In this document: positions 39,020 through 47,681 of the stretch, piece after piece | Layout: each line of letters begins with the position of its first letter | Numbering within the stretch: the first letter of the stretch is position 1 | DNA from: an uncultured Acidobacteriota bacterium | GTDB lineage: Bacteria; Acidobacteriota; Thermoanaerobaculia; Gp7-AA8 | Direction of reading: 5' to 3' | Length of the DNA: 64,000 nt | NCBI GenBank assembly: GCA_963741955.1 | Contig: CAVUKB010000005.1 | Coordinates: 640,001 to 704,000 of the forward strand | The notes under the pieces: generated by a model | Told to the model about the DNA's origin: nothing | Databases searched by the model: none | Seen by the model: the letters and a program-made list of their open reading frames with translations, nothing else | Made by a program: the position numbers and the translations under genes

Positions 39020-39591
39020 GAGAGACCTCCGATGCGGCAGAAATTCGCGATGAGACGGTCCCCCTCCGTCGTGCCGTAGGACTCGGGGTGAAACTGGATT
39101 CCGAAGATCGGACGTGTACGGTGCGACACCGCCATCACGCATCCGTCGTCGGTGGCTGCGTCGACCTCCAGGCCGGCCGGAAGGGTCGCAGCATCGGCGA
39201 CGAGGGAGTGGTAGCGCGTGGCCCGGAAGGGATTGGTGCAGCCGTCGAACAGCCGCCGCCCCTGATGACGGATCGAATCCACTTTCCCGTGCACCGGCTC
39301 CGGCGCGCGAACGATCTCCGCGCCGAACGCTTCCGCGATCGCCTGATGCCCGAGGCAGACGCCGAGGAGCGGCGTGCCGTCGAGATGGCGGACGAGATCG
39401 ACGATCTTCCCCGCATGCGACGGCGTTCCCGGCCCGGGAGAGATCACGATCGCGTCGGGATTCGATGCGAGGAGCGCGTCGATCTCGAACTCGTCGTTTC
39501 TCACCACCTCGACGCGACGCCCGGAGACGACTTCGATCTGCTGCACCAGGTTCCAGGTGAACGAGTCGTAGTTGTCGATCATGGCGATCAT
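39016..39591 (-). CDS. trpG: Anthranilate synthase component II
   Basis: IDNYDSFT, ISPGPG, GVCLGHQ, RYHSL, QFHPES. Confidence 0.95.
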   Translation of the reverse strand: MIAMIDNYDSFTWNLVQQIEVVSGRRVEVVRNDEFEIDALLASNPDAIVISPGPGTPSHAGKIVDLVRHLDGTPLLGVCLGHQAIAEAFGAEIVRAPEPVHGKVDSIRHQGRRLFDGCTNPFRATRYHSLVADAATLPAGLEVDAATDDGCVMAVSHRTRPIFGIQFHPESYGTTEGDRLIANFCRIGGLS

Positions 39592-41105
39592 CGCGCCACC
39601 TCCTGGAGTGCTTTCTCGCCGCTCCGGCGTCTCTCGGCGACCGCGGCTGCGACGCCGATCGCGCGACGCAGCGCGGCCGACTTGTTCACCGTCTCGACGT
39701 GCTCCCGCTCCGGATCGGAGTCGTAGACGATTCCCGCGCCTGCCTGCACGTACGCCTTCCCTCCGCTCATCACCACGGTGCGGATCGCAATGCAGGAGTC
39801 GAGATTTCCGGAGAAGCCGATGTAGCCGACCGCGCCGGCGTACGGTCCGCGACGCACCGGTTCGAGGCCGTCGATCAGCTCCATCGCGCGGATCTTCGGC
39901 GCACCGCTGACCGTTCCGGCAGGGAACGCGGCGAGGAAGCAGTCGATCGGCGTCCGGTCGTTCCGGAGTCTCCCCCGAACGACGCTCACCAGATGCATCA
40001 CGTGGCTGTAACGCTCGATCGCGCGGAACTGCGTCACTTCGACCGAACCGCTCTCGCAGACCCGCCCGAGATCGTTCCGTCCGAGATCCACCAGCATCAG
40101 GTGCTCGGCATTTTCCTTGGCGTCGGCGAGGAGCTCGGCCGCGAGCCGCGCGTCCTCTTCCTCCGTCGCTCCGCGCGGCCGCGTGCCGGCGATCGGACGC
40201 GTCTCGGCGAGCCGACCGTCGACGCGCACCAGCATCTCCGGCGACGAGCCGACCAGCGAGAGCTCACCGGTGCGGAAGAGGAACATGTACGGAGACGGGT
40301 TGATCCCCCGCAATGCGCGATAGAGGGTCAGGTCTTCCGATTGAGGAAGATCGCACTCCCATCGCTGCGAGAGAACGATCTGGAAGACCTCGCCCGCGGC
40401 GATGGCTTCCTTTGCACGCACTACCGCCTCCTGGAACTCTCCCGCCGCATGCGTGGAGCGGACCGCGACCGGCTCGCCGACGTCGCCGGAGACGAAGAGG
40501 TCCACCCGCGCGTCGTGCAGCCTTTCCACGATCGCGTCGAGCCGCGCATTCGCCCGCTCCAGGAGCACCGCACCCGGCTCCGGCGCGTCACTGAAGATGT
40601 TCGCGACGACGTAGAGCTGCTGCCGTACTTGATCGAATGCGAGCACCTGATCGAAAAAGAGAAGCGTCGCGTCGGGAAGCCCGAGGTCGTCCGTGCGCGT
40701 GTCGGGGATGCGCTCGCTCCATCCGGCGATCCCGTAGCCGAAGAACCCCACCGCACCGCCGAAGAAAGGCGGGAGCGCCTCTTCGTTCCAGACCCGCAGC
40801 GGCACGAGCTCTTCGCGAAGCGTCGCGACCGGACTCTTCGTGTCGGGTCCGAACGAGAGCGTCTTCCGCGGCGCGACGCCGATGAACGAATACCGCCCCA
40901 TGCTCTCGCCCCGCTCCACGCTCTCCAGAAGGAACGCTTCAGGCGCGAGCGACGAGAGCGCGGCGAACGCCGCCACAGGGGTGATGGTGTCCGCCCCGAG
41001 CAGCCGCACCACCGGGATGACGTCGTACTCCCGCCGCAGCGCATCGACCCGTTCCGGGGTCAGTGCTCCGTTTTTCGGGTACACCTCTCCTCTGCTCGTT
41101 TTCAT
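39588..41105 (-). CDS. trpE: Anthranilate synthase component I
   Basis: FLLESVE, NPSPYM, GSSPE, PIAGTRPRG, EHLMLVDLGRND, PAGTVSGAPK, QAGAGIV. Confidence 0.96.
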   Translation of the reverse strand: MKTSRGEVYPKNGALTPERVDALRREYDVIPVVRLLGADTITPVAAFAALSSLAPEAFLLESVERGESMGRYSFIGVAPRKTLSFGPDTKSPVATLREELVPLRVWNEEALPPFFGGAVGFFGYGIAGWSERIPDTRTDDLGLPDATLLFFDQVLAFDQVRQQLYVVANIFSDAPEPGAVLLERANARLDAIVERLHDARVDLFVSGDVGEPVAVRSTHAAGEFQEAVVRAKEAIAAGEVFQIVLSQRWECDLPQSEDLTLYRALRGINPSPYMFLFRTGELSLVGSSPEMLVRVDGRLAETRPIAGTRPRGATEEEDARLAAELLADAKENAEHLMLVDLGRNDLGRVCESGSVEVTQFRAIERYSHVMHLVSVVRGRLRNDRTPIDCFLAAFPAGTVSGAPKIRAMELIDGLEPVRRGPYAGAVGYIGFSGNLDSCIAIRTVVMSGGKAYVQAGAGIVYDSDPEREHVETVNKSAALRRAIGVAAAVAERRRSGEKALQEVAR

Positions 41106-41173
41106 CGATTCATCCCCAGACTTCCCCGGCCGCTAAATTCGAGGTCCGATATTCGAGATCCGAAATCTCTCCG

Positions 41174-42451
41174 TCATTCCTCCAGAAACTGCTCCACCGT
41201 CAATTCCCGTTGTTCCCCCGTCTTCAGATCCTTCACCGTGACCGTCCCCTTCGCCACTTCATCCGCTCCGACGATCACTGCAGACGTGGCCCCCGAATTC
41301 GCCGCCGCTCTCAACGCTTTCCCCACTGCCGGCTCGCCATACGGAGAGACCACCGACTTTCCTCCGCGCCGAAGCCGAGCGACGATCGAGAGCGTCGCGG
41401 CGCGATTCCCTCCCCCGCCGGTGATGGCGAAGACGTCGACCCGCTTCGATTGCGTCGCGGCGAGGCCACGATCCTTCAGCAGTTCGCCGAGCACCACGTC
41501 GCCGAAGCCGAACCCGAGGGCCGGGACGTCGATGGCGGCGAGCGAGGAGAAGAGGCGATCGTAACGGCCGCCGCCGCAGATCGCACGGAGCTCGCCCTTC
41601 CGGTCGAAGATCTCGAAGACGATTCCGGTGTAGTACGCGAGACCGCGGACGATCTTCATGTCGAACTGGATCCAGTCGCCGAAGCCGAGTGCTCCGAGTG
41701 CTTCCTCGTACTGCCGAAGATCTTCGAGCACCTGCTCGAACTCCGGATGTCCGGCGTAGCGCGAGGTGATCTCTTCGAGCGAAAGGCTGGTCAGACCGAG
41801 CGCGTTTTCCGCGGCTTCCGGCGACAATCCGATCTCACGAAGTCTCTGGACGCAGACCTCGCGCGGATCGCGCTCGACCTTGTCGATCACGTTGTACGCC
41901 GTCGGGAGGTTCTCTTCCGACACGCCGAGGTCCGTGAGAGCGGCGTGGAGGAGCCGACGGTCGGAGTAGCGCGCCACGACGTCGTCCGCGGTGAGCCCGA
42001 GGGTCCGGAGGACGTCGAGCGCTGCGGCGACGAGATCGGCGTCGGCGAGGACCGACTCCTCCCCGATGATGTCCATGTTCAGCTGGAAATGCTCGCGGAG
42101 ACGGCCGCGCTGCTGTTTCTCGTAGCGGAAGAGCTGCGGCATGGAGAACCAGCGGACCGGACGCGGCAGCCCCTTGATGCGCGCGCCGAGCATCCGTACC
42201 AGCGTCGGCGTCATCTCGGGACGGAGCGCGACCTCGCGCCCTCCCTTGTCGGTGAAGTTGAAGAGCTGGTTGACGATCTCCGGGCCGGACTTCTCGATGT
42301 AGAGCTCGAGCGCTTCGAGCGGCGGGCCGTCGTACTCCTCGAACCCGTATCGCCGCGCGACGTCCTTCCATGCTCCGAAGATCTGATTCCGCCGGGCCAT
42401 CTCTTCCGGATAGAAATCGCGGAATCCCGGCAGTGCTGCATGCTTCGCCAT
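41174..42451 (-). CDS. hisS: Histidine--tRNA ligase
   Basis: LPGFRDFYP, ALRPEMTP, FRYEKQQRGRLREHFQ, VRGLAYYTG, GGGRYD, C-terminal anticodon domain; ATG overlaps aroDE TAA. Confidence 0.95.
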   Translation of the reverse strand: MAKHAALPGFRDFYPEEMARRNQIFGAWKDVARRYGFEEYDGPPLEALELYIEKSGPEIVNQLFNFTDKGGREVALRPEMTPTLVRMLGARIKGLPRPVRWFSMPQLFRYEKQQRGRLREHFQLNMDIIGEESVLADADLVAAALDVLRTLGLTADDVVARYSDRRLLHAALTDLGVSEENLPTAYNVIDKVERDPREVCVQRLREIGLSPEAAENALGLTSLSLEEITSRYAGHPEFEQVLEDLRQYEEALGALGFGDWIQFDMKIVRGLAYYTGIVFEIFDRKGELRAICGGGRYDRLFSSLAAIDVPALGFGFGDVVLGELLKDRGLAATQSKRVDVFAITGGGGNRAATLSIVARLRRGGKSVVSPYGEPAVGKALRAAANSGATSAVIVGADEVAKGTVTVKDLKTGEQRELTVEQFLEE

Positions 42452-43962
42452 TACGACTCCTTCTTCACGGTCGCGACCGCGTCGCGCCGCAGAACTGAAG
42501 TGAACAGATCGAACTGTCGGAGAGCCTGGGCTCTCAGGAAATCCATCCCGTCGAACGTCTTCGCTCCCGCGGCGTGCGCGGCGTCGAGCGCCGGCCGCGG
42601 CGTGGTGCCGTATGCGACGTCGACGTAAAGGACGCCGCGTCTCAGAAGGGAACGTGGGATCTCGACGCCGGCGGACGCCGGAAGCGTGTTGATCACCACG
42701 TCCGCATCCGCTGCCCGCAGCACGTCGAGCGAGGCGGAGCGGATTCCGAACTCCGACGCGAGCGATGCGGCTCGCGACGCAGTCCGGTTGTACAGAGTCG
42801 CCTCGAGGCCGTGTCGCCGGATCGCGACGAGCGCCGCGCGTGCGGTGCCGCCGGCTCCGATCACCGTCACCCGCGTGCCGTGCACCATCGCGAGTGCAGT
42901 GTTGAACCCGTCGACGTCGGTGTTCATCGCGACGACGGAGATCGTGCCCTCCTCGTTGCGTTTCCGCAGGAGCGTGTTCACGGCGCGGCACGCGAGAGCG
43001 TTCTCGCCGATCGTCGCGCGCGCGCCGAGGGAGCGCGCGAACTCGAACGCCCGCTCCTTGTAGGGTGCGGTGATGCTCACCCCGTCGGGCGTGTACGGCG
43101 CGCCGGAGAGCATGGCCCGTTCGATCTCGCCGAAGTCTTCCACTTCCGCGACGGTGTACGCCGCCGCCAGCTTCCTCTGCTGGAGCCGCGGGTTGTGGAT
43201 CGACGGCGAGAGGCTGTGCGCCGCAGGAAGTCCGGTCACCGCGAAGATCGCGTCGGGGCGCGGAAGCGCGGCGAGCTCGGGACCGAAGATCGCAGCCGCG
43301 CGCTCGAGCGTCAGTTGGCCCGGCGCGGCGAGGGATGCGTCGTCCGCGGCGAGATACGTCAGCTCCGATCCGTAGAACGGCGCGAGAATCCGACTGTAGA
43401 GGCCTTTCGATCCCATCCCGAAGATGGTGGTTCCGCGCGGCGCGTCGTCGATCGCTTCGAGGAGGCGGATGTTGTCGTCCAGTGTGCGAGGAGTCGCGAC
43501 GAGCTTGATCCGTTCCGCGCCGGTGCGGCGCATCTCGGCGAGGAGCGTGTCGAGATCGGGAACGCCATCGAAGTCGTGAAACGAGAGAATGAGCCGCGGA
43601 GCGAGAGTCAATAGGCGATCACGATCCGCGTGGGAGCCGAATTCGAGATCGGCGAGATCGAAGCCCGCCTCGAGCGCCCGCTCGAGCTCCCCGATCTCAC
43701 TCCCTCCCATCCCCGCGGGTGATCTCCTCGTCGCGATGAGAAGGCGCGAGGTCGCGTTGCGAAGGGCGGCGAAATCGGGGAGGGCGCCGTTCGCGAACCG
43801 GTCGAGACGGATCTCGAATCCGTCCGCGCGGGCTTCGAGCTCGCCGATCCGTGCAATCGCCAGATCGACGGTCGGCTCGACGATCGAGACGATGCGGCGC
43901 GGCCGGACGTCGACCGGCGACGTCGCGGAAGGTCTCGAGCTCTGCGGATTGATCTCGTTCAA
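42451..43962 (-). CDS. Bifunctional type I 3-dehydroquinate dehydratase / shikimate dehydrogenase (AroD-AroE fusion; start uncertain)
   Basis: EIRLD, ILSFHDF, IKLV, MG..G..SR, APGQ (AroD); HSLSP.IHN, SITAPYKE, AVNT, NTDVDG, IGAGGTARA (AroE). Confidence 0.9.
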   Translation of the reverse strand: MNEINPQSSRPSATSPVDVRPRRIVSIVEPTVDLAIARIGELEARADGFEIRLDRFANGALPDFAALRNATSRLLIATRRSPAGMGGSEIGELERALEAGFDLADLEFGSHADRDRLLTLAPRLILSFHDFDGVPDLDTLLAEMRRTGAERIKLVATPRTLDDNIRLLEAIDDAPRGTTIFGMGSKGLYSRILAPFYGSELTYLAADDASLAAPGQLTLERAAAIFGPELAALPRPDAIFAVTGLPAAHSLSPSIHNPRLQQRKLAAAYTVAEVEDFGEIERAMLSGAPYTPDGVSITAPYKERAFEFARSLGARATIGENALACRAVNTLLRKRNEEGTISVVAMNTDVDGFNTALAMVHGTRVTVIGAGGTARAALVAIRRHGLEATLYNRTASRAASLASEFGIRSASLDVLRAADADVVINTLPASAGVEIPRSLLRRGVLYVDVAYGTTPRPALDAAHAAGAKTFDGMDFLRAQALRQFDLFTSVLRRDAVATVKKES

Positions 43963-43998
43963 ATGAAAAACCTCTTCAGGGTTTCCCGAGAAGAGGTC
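43961..43998 (-). terminator. Intrinsic terminator (attenuator) in the operon leader
   Basis: Minus strand GACCTCTTCTCGGG-AAA-CCCTGAAGAGGTT followed by TTTCATTT. Confidence 0.85.
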
Positions 43999-44068
43999 TG
44001 AACGTCGGCTGAATTTCTGTCCGTCGCGCCTCTACCCGGGTGACCAGGGGGCGCGGATACAGCGTCCC

Positions 44069-44125
44069 CTAGTGGGTCAGGTGCCACCACCAATAACCAA
44101 AAAAGGAGACGCGGGTGCAAGTCAT
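44069..44125 (-). CDS. trpL: Attenuator leader peptide MTCTRVSFFGYWWWHLTH
   Basis: Three tandem TGG codons upstream of alternative antiterminator/terminator hairpins, ahead of a trp operon. Confidence 0.85.
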   Translation of the reverse strand: MTCTRVSFFGYWWWHLTH

Positions 44126-44135
44126 GAGCTGCGAA

Positions 44136-44164
44136 AGATTAGCTACGCCCGCGACGGATGTCAA
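44136..44164 (-). promoter_or_regulatory. Sigma70 promoter TTGACA-N17-TAATCT for the leader and operon
   Basis: -35 at 44164-44159, -10 at 44141-44136, 17-bp spacer. Confidence 0.8.
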
Positions 44165-44435
44165 GCACCGCGTCGCGGACTCCGTCAGCCAACGCCGCAA
44201 TGGACCTACACGGCGCCGCCCCGCCACCAATCGACCGGAGATCTCTCCATTGCGCCATTGCCAACTCAGCACAACCCACGTCCCCGGCAGAAGCGGAGCG
44301 GGATCGCAAGACCCACCGACGCTCCGCGCACATCCACAACTCCCTCTTCATCGCGTACAACACCATCCACGCGGCAAATCCCGCCGAGCGGGATCCGCAC
44401 TCCTCGGCCGCAGCCGGGCCGCTATACTCGAACGG

Positions 44436-44915
44436 ATGAGCGACGCGACTTCCACCTCGATCACGGCTCGCCTCCGTACATGGCTCGACGCCGAAGGGGT
44501 GAGCTACCGCTTTGTCGAACATGAACCGACGCGGACGTCGGAAGAGTCCGCGGCTGCACGCGGCGAGCGGCTGGAGATCGGTGCGAAGGCGCTCCTGCTG
44601 AAGGCAGACGAGACGTTCGTTCTGATGGTCCTCAGCGCCGCGCGCAAGCTCGACTCCCACGCCGTCCGGAAGCACTTCGGTGCGAGCCGGCTCCGATTCG
44701 CGACTCGCGAAGAGCTCCTCGAGCGGACCGGCCTCCCCTCGGGTGCCGTTCCCCCATTCGGCCCTCCGATTTTCGATCTCCCCCTCTACATCGACCGCTC
44801 CGTCACCTCGAACGAGAAAGCGGCCTTCAACGCCGGAAGCCTCACCTGCTCGATCATCATGCCGACCGCCGACTATCTCCGCCTCGCCCGTGGGACGTTC
44901 GTCGACGTCACCTGA
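44436..44915 (+). CDS. YbaK/EbsC (ProXp-type) aminoacyl-tRNA editing domain protein
   Basis: EHEPTRTSEESA..RG.....GAKALLLK, RFAT.EEL...TG...GAVPPFG, FNAG. Confidence 0.88.
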   Translation: MSDATSTSITARLRTWLDAEGVSYRFVEHEPTRTSEESAAARGERLEIGAKALLLKADETFVLMVLSAARKLDSHAVRKHFGASRLRFATREELLERTGLPSGAVPPFGPPIFDLPLYIDRSVTSNEKAAFNAGSLTCSIIMPTADYLRLARGTFVDVT

Positions 44916-45140
44916 GGACTCGAGGTTCGAAGGTTCAAACCGCTCTCGATGGCGACAGGAGTGGCGACTCCCATCCTCTCACTTCACAGAAGAAAATGCG
45001 GCCAATGCGTAGATTCGCAGAATAATATTCTGTGGCGCCGCACTTTACGCGCATTTTGTTGCGTGTACCGAACGAGGCCATGAATCCTTCGGGACCGTCT
45101 CCGTCAGATTTCACCCGATGACCAGGAGATTCATCCGTAG

Positions 45141-45336
45141 TCGATCCTCGATCCCCGATCCTCAATCCTCAATCCTCAATCCTCAATCCTCGATCCTCGA
45201 TCCTCGATCCTCGATCCCCGATCCTCAATCCTCAATCCTCAATCCTCGATCCTCGATCCTCGATCCCCGATCCTCAATCCCCGTTCCTCGATCCTCGATC
45301 CTCAATCCTCGATCCTCGATCCCCGGTCCTCGATCC
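45141..45336. repeat. Heptamer tandem repeat (GATCCTC/AATCCTC/GATCCCC)n, about 28 units
   Basis: Directly visible; overlaps the 3' end of the SSS gene. Confidence 0.95.
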
Positions 45337-46779
45337 TCTGCGGCGCGCTCTCGACTCGACCACGACCGCCGCGCCGTATGCCAGGGCTGCGGCGATCGCT
45401 GCAACGAGGATGTATCCGAGGCCCGATGTCCGCACCGACGCCGGTTCGATCACGCCGAGCCACCCTCGCGATTCGGCGAAATACGCGGCGAATGTCGCGA
45501 CGAAGCCGGTGATCGAAGACCAGCGGACGCCCGCGGCCGACACCTCGGGGGCAAATACCGCGGCGACGGGAAACGCGACGGCGGTGGTGAGAATCCCGCC
45601 GGAGAGATAGAAGATCGACCAGAGTGACTCGGTGTTCAGGGCGAACACGCACGCTGCAGCCATGACCCCGATCGTCACCCATCGCGACGTCCGGCTCGAC
45701 GCTGCGTTCTTCTGCACCTCGAGAAGGTCGTATGCGATCGCCAGTCCCATCACGTTCGCGCAGGTGTCGATGGTGCTCATCGCGGCAGCGACCAGCCCCG
45801 CCGCCACGAGCATCTCCAGCCAGGCCGGCGCGTAGCGCGTGACCAGGGCTGCGAAGATCGCGTCTCCCTCCTGCCCGATCGACGCGGGGATCGAGCCGTT
45901 GTGCAGCGGGAAGAGAACCAGCGCGGCGATGCCGATGAAGAGGGGGAGGATTCCGACGAACGCGATCGAGTTGAGCCCTGCGATGAGCACTCCCCGTCGC
46001 GCGTCGCGATCGCTCCGCGCCGCCTGGACCCGGAGCCAGAGATCGGTCTCGAAAAGCCATCCCGGCAGATATGCGACGAACGTGAGAATGATGATCGCGA
46101 CGCCCGGGGAAAAGAGAGAGGTCCAGCCGGTTCCCGACTTCGCGGCGTGCACCGATGCCGGAGGAATCAGCGGAGCGCCCGCGGCGTGAAGCCCACGCAC
46201 TGCGAGGATGCCCATCGCCACGATGTAGAGAACGACGATGACGTACTGCATCCGATCCGTATCGACCACCGCGCGGAATCCGCCGAGCGACGAATAGATC
46301 GCCACGACGAGGCTGATGCCGACGACGGTGGTCGGGATCGCGAGACCGAGCGGCGATGCGAGGAGCCGCGCAGCAACGTAGATCTCCGCGCCACCCCACA
46401 CCAGAAAGACCACCGCCAGCGAGATCGCGACGCTGACGCGGGCTCCCCGGCCGAACCTCGCGCCGACCATCTCCGGCTGACTGAAAGAGGGAAGCGCGTG
46501 GTAACGCCGTGCGAGAAGGTAGATGCCACCGAGACTGAGCACCCACGGAATCGTGATCAGCCAGACTGCACCGAGTCCGTACCAGTAGAACAGCTGTACG
46601 GCGTAGACGCACGACCACGACACGGACATGAATCCAGCGGACATCGAGAGGCCGACCGATCCGCCGCCGAGGCTGCGCCCCGCGGTCCAGAACTCTCCCG
46701 GATCCTCGGCGCGCCGGCTGGCGCGCCATCCGAGCGCAATCGCGGCGAGCGAGTAGAGTAGGACAGCGAGCCGGACCAA
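45274..46779 (-). CDS. Sodium:solute symporter family protein (start uncertain)
   Basis: EFWTAGRSL, YSSLGGFRAVVDTD, W.RVQAARS, AAAMSTID, many TM helices; C-terminus is repeat-encoded. Confidence 0.85.
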   Translation of the reverse strand: MVRLAVLLYSLAAIALGWRASRRAEDPGEFWTAGRSLGGGSVGLSMSAGFMSVSWSCVYAVQLFYWYGLGAVWLITIPWVLSLGGIYLLARRYHALPSFSQPEMVGARFGRGARVSVAISLAVVFLVWGGAEIYVAARLLASPLGLAIPTTVVGISLVVAIYSSLGGFRAVVDTDRMQYVIVVLYIVAMGILAVRGLHAAGAPLIPPASVHAAKSGTGWTSLFSPGVAIIILTFVAYLPGWLFETDLWLRVQAARSDRDARRGVLIAGLNSIAFVGILPLFIGIAALVLFPLHNGSIPASIGQEGDAIFAALVTRYAPAWLEMLVAAGLVAAAMSTIDTCANVMGLAIAYDLLEVQKNAASSRTSRWVTIGVMAAACVFALNTESLWSIFYLSGGILTTAVAFPVAAVFAPEVSAAGVRWSSITGFVATFAAYFAESRGWLGVIEPASVRTSGLGYILVAAIAAALAYGAAVVVESRARRRGSRTGDRGSRIEDRGSRNGD

Positions 46780-46976
46780 GATGAGGTGTTTTAGCGCAAC
46801 ATCGGGGGTCGTGTCGACACCATTCCTCGCGGCGCTCATCCTCGTCGTGTCGTGAGATGACCACGAAGCCAGCGGGGGCTTCGCGTTCGGGGAGCGAATC
46901 AAATCACGTCCTGCTGGCGTGATCGTTTCCATGTCGTCGGGCTCGTTGTCCGTGGCGCTCACGAATTCCCGAAGGC

Positions 46977-47173
46977 GGACGTCTTCGGACGACGATCAGT
47001 CCGCGGAACGAACACCACATCTGCAGCCCAGGGCGGCAGCCCTGGGACTGGAGATCCCGCGAAACAATGTGCGCAGTCCGCGTAGCGGACGTCACGGGTC
47101 GAGCCAGGATTCGAACAGGTCGCCCCAGGGCGCACGCGCTGGGCTACTCTTGTGCCGTCCACTTCGCGGACTC
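46977..47173. repeat. REP-like composite (CCCAGGGCGGCAGCCCTGGG; GTCC(A/G)CTTCGCGGAC)
   Basis: 71-bp near-identical block also at 51922-51992; related hairpin at 49126-49145. Confidence 0.8.
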
Positions 47174-47302
47174 GTCACACATCATTCGGCGCCACGCCAC
47201 GCACGCGCGAAGGCGATCATCGCGACCGCGAACGCGCCCCTGCCCGAGTCCGGCTGCGCCGCTGGAAGAACGCACCAGGAACCCTGTGTTATCGTCACAG
47301 CC

Positions 47303-47512
47303 ATGAAGGTCTACACGGCGGTCGTCGAGCGCTGTCCCGATACCGGTCTGTACGTCGGCTTCGTCCCCGGCTTTCCGGGTGCGCACAGCCAGGCAGAATC
47401 GCCGGAGGAACTGAACGCGAATCTTCGAGAAGTCATCGAGATGCTGCTCGAGGATGGCGAGCCTCACGTGCAGTCGGAATTCATCGGTACGCAGCTCGTT
47501 CGAGTGGGCTGA
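47303..47512 (+). CDS. hicB: HicB family antitoxin
   Basis: YTAVVE.CPDTGLYVGFVPGFPGAHSQAES.EEL..NLREVIEMLLE. Confidence 0.9.
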   Translation: MKVYTAVVERCPDTGLYVGFVPGFPGAHSQAESPEELNANLREVIEMLLEDGEPHVQSEFIGTQLVRVG

Positions 47513-47515
47513 GAA

Positions 47516-47626
47516 GCGCCGAAACTACCAGTCCTGAAACCTCGCGAGGTCGTCGCCGTTCTTGGGAAACTCGGCTTCGCCGAAGTCCGACAGCGCGGCT
47601 CACACAAGCAGTTTCGACACGGGGAT
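47516..47626 (+). pseudogene. hicA: HicA toxin remnant (no start codon; similarity lost after FRH)
   Basis: Reads APKLPVLKPREVVAVLGKLGFAEVRQRGSHKQFRHGD with the GSH motif; first codon is GCG; no VP.H..D..G.L segment follows. Confidence 0.75.
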
Positions 47627-47681
47627 CGATCCGTTGTGAACAGGGAAGAGGACCAGCGCGACGAGACCGCGCGGCCGGGCT

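Noticed and set aside
41174-42451. HisZ instead of HisS
   Set aside because: Retains synthetase motifs and the C-terminal anticodon-binding domain; no hisG nearby
43963-44430. T-box riboswitch upstream of the aroDE-hisS-trp operon
   Set aside because: No GGTGGNACCGCG T-box consensus in an antiterminator context; the leader peptide explains the structure
46780-46970. Riboswitch upstream of the SSS symporter
   Set aside because: No recognisable TPP, SAM, cobalamin or glycine consensus by eye; an Rfam scan would be needed
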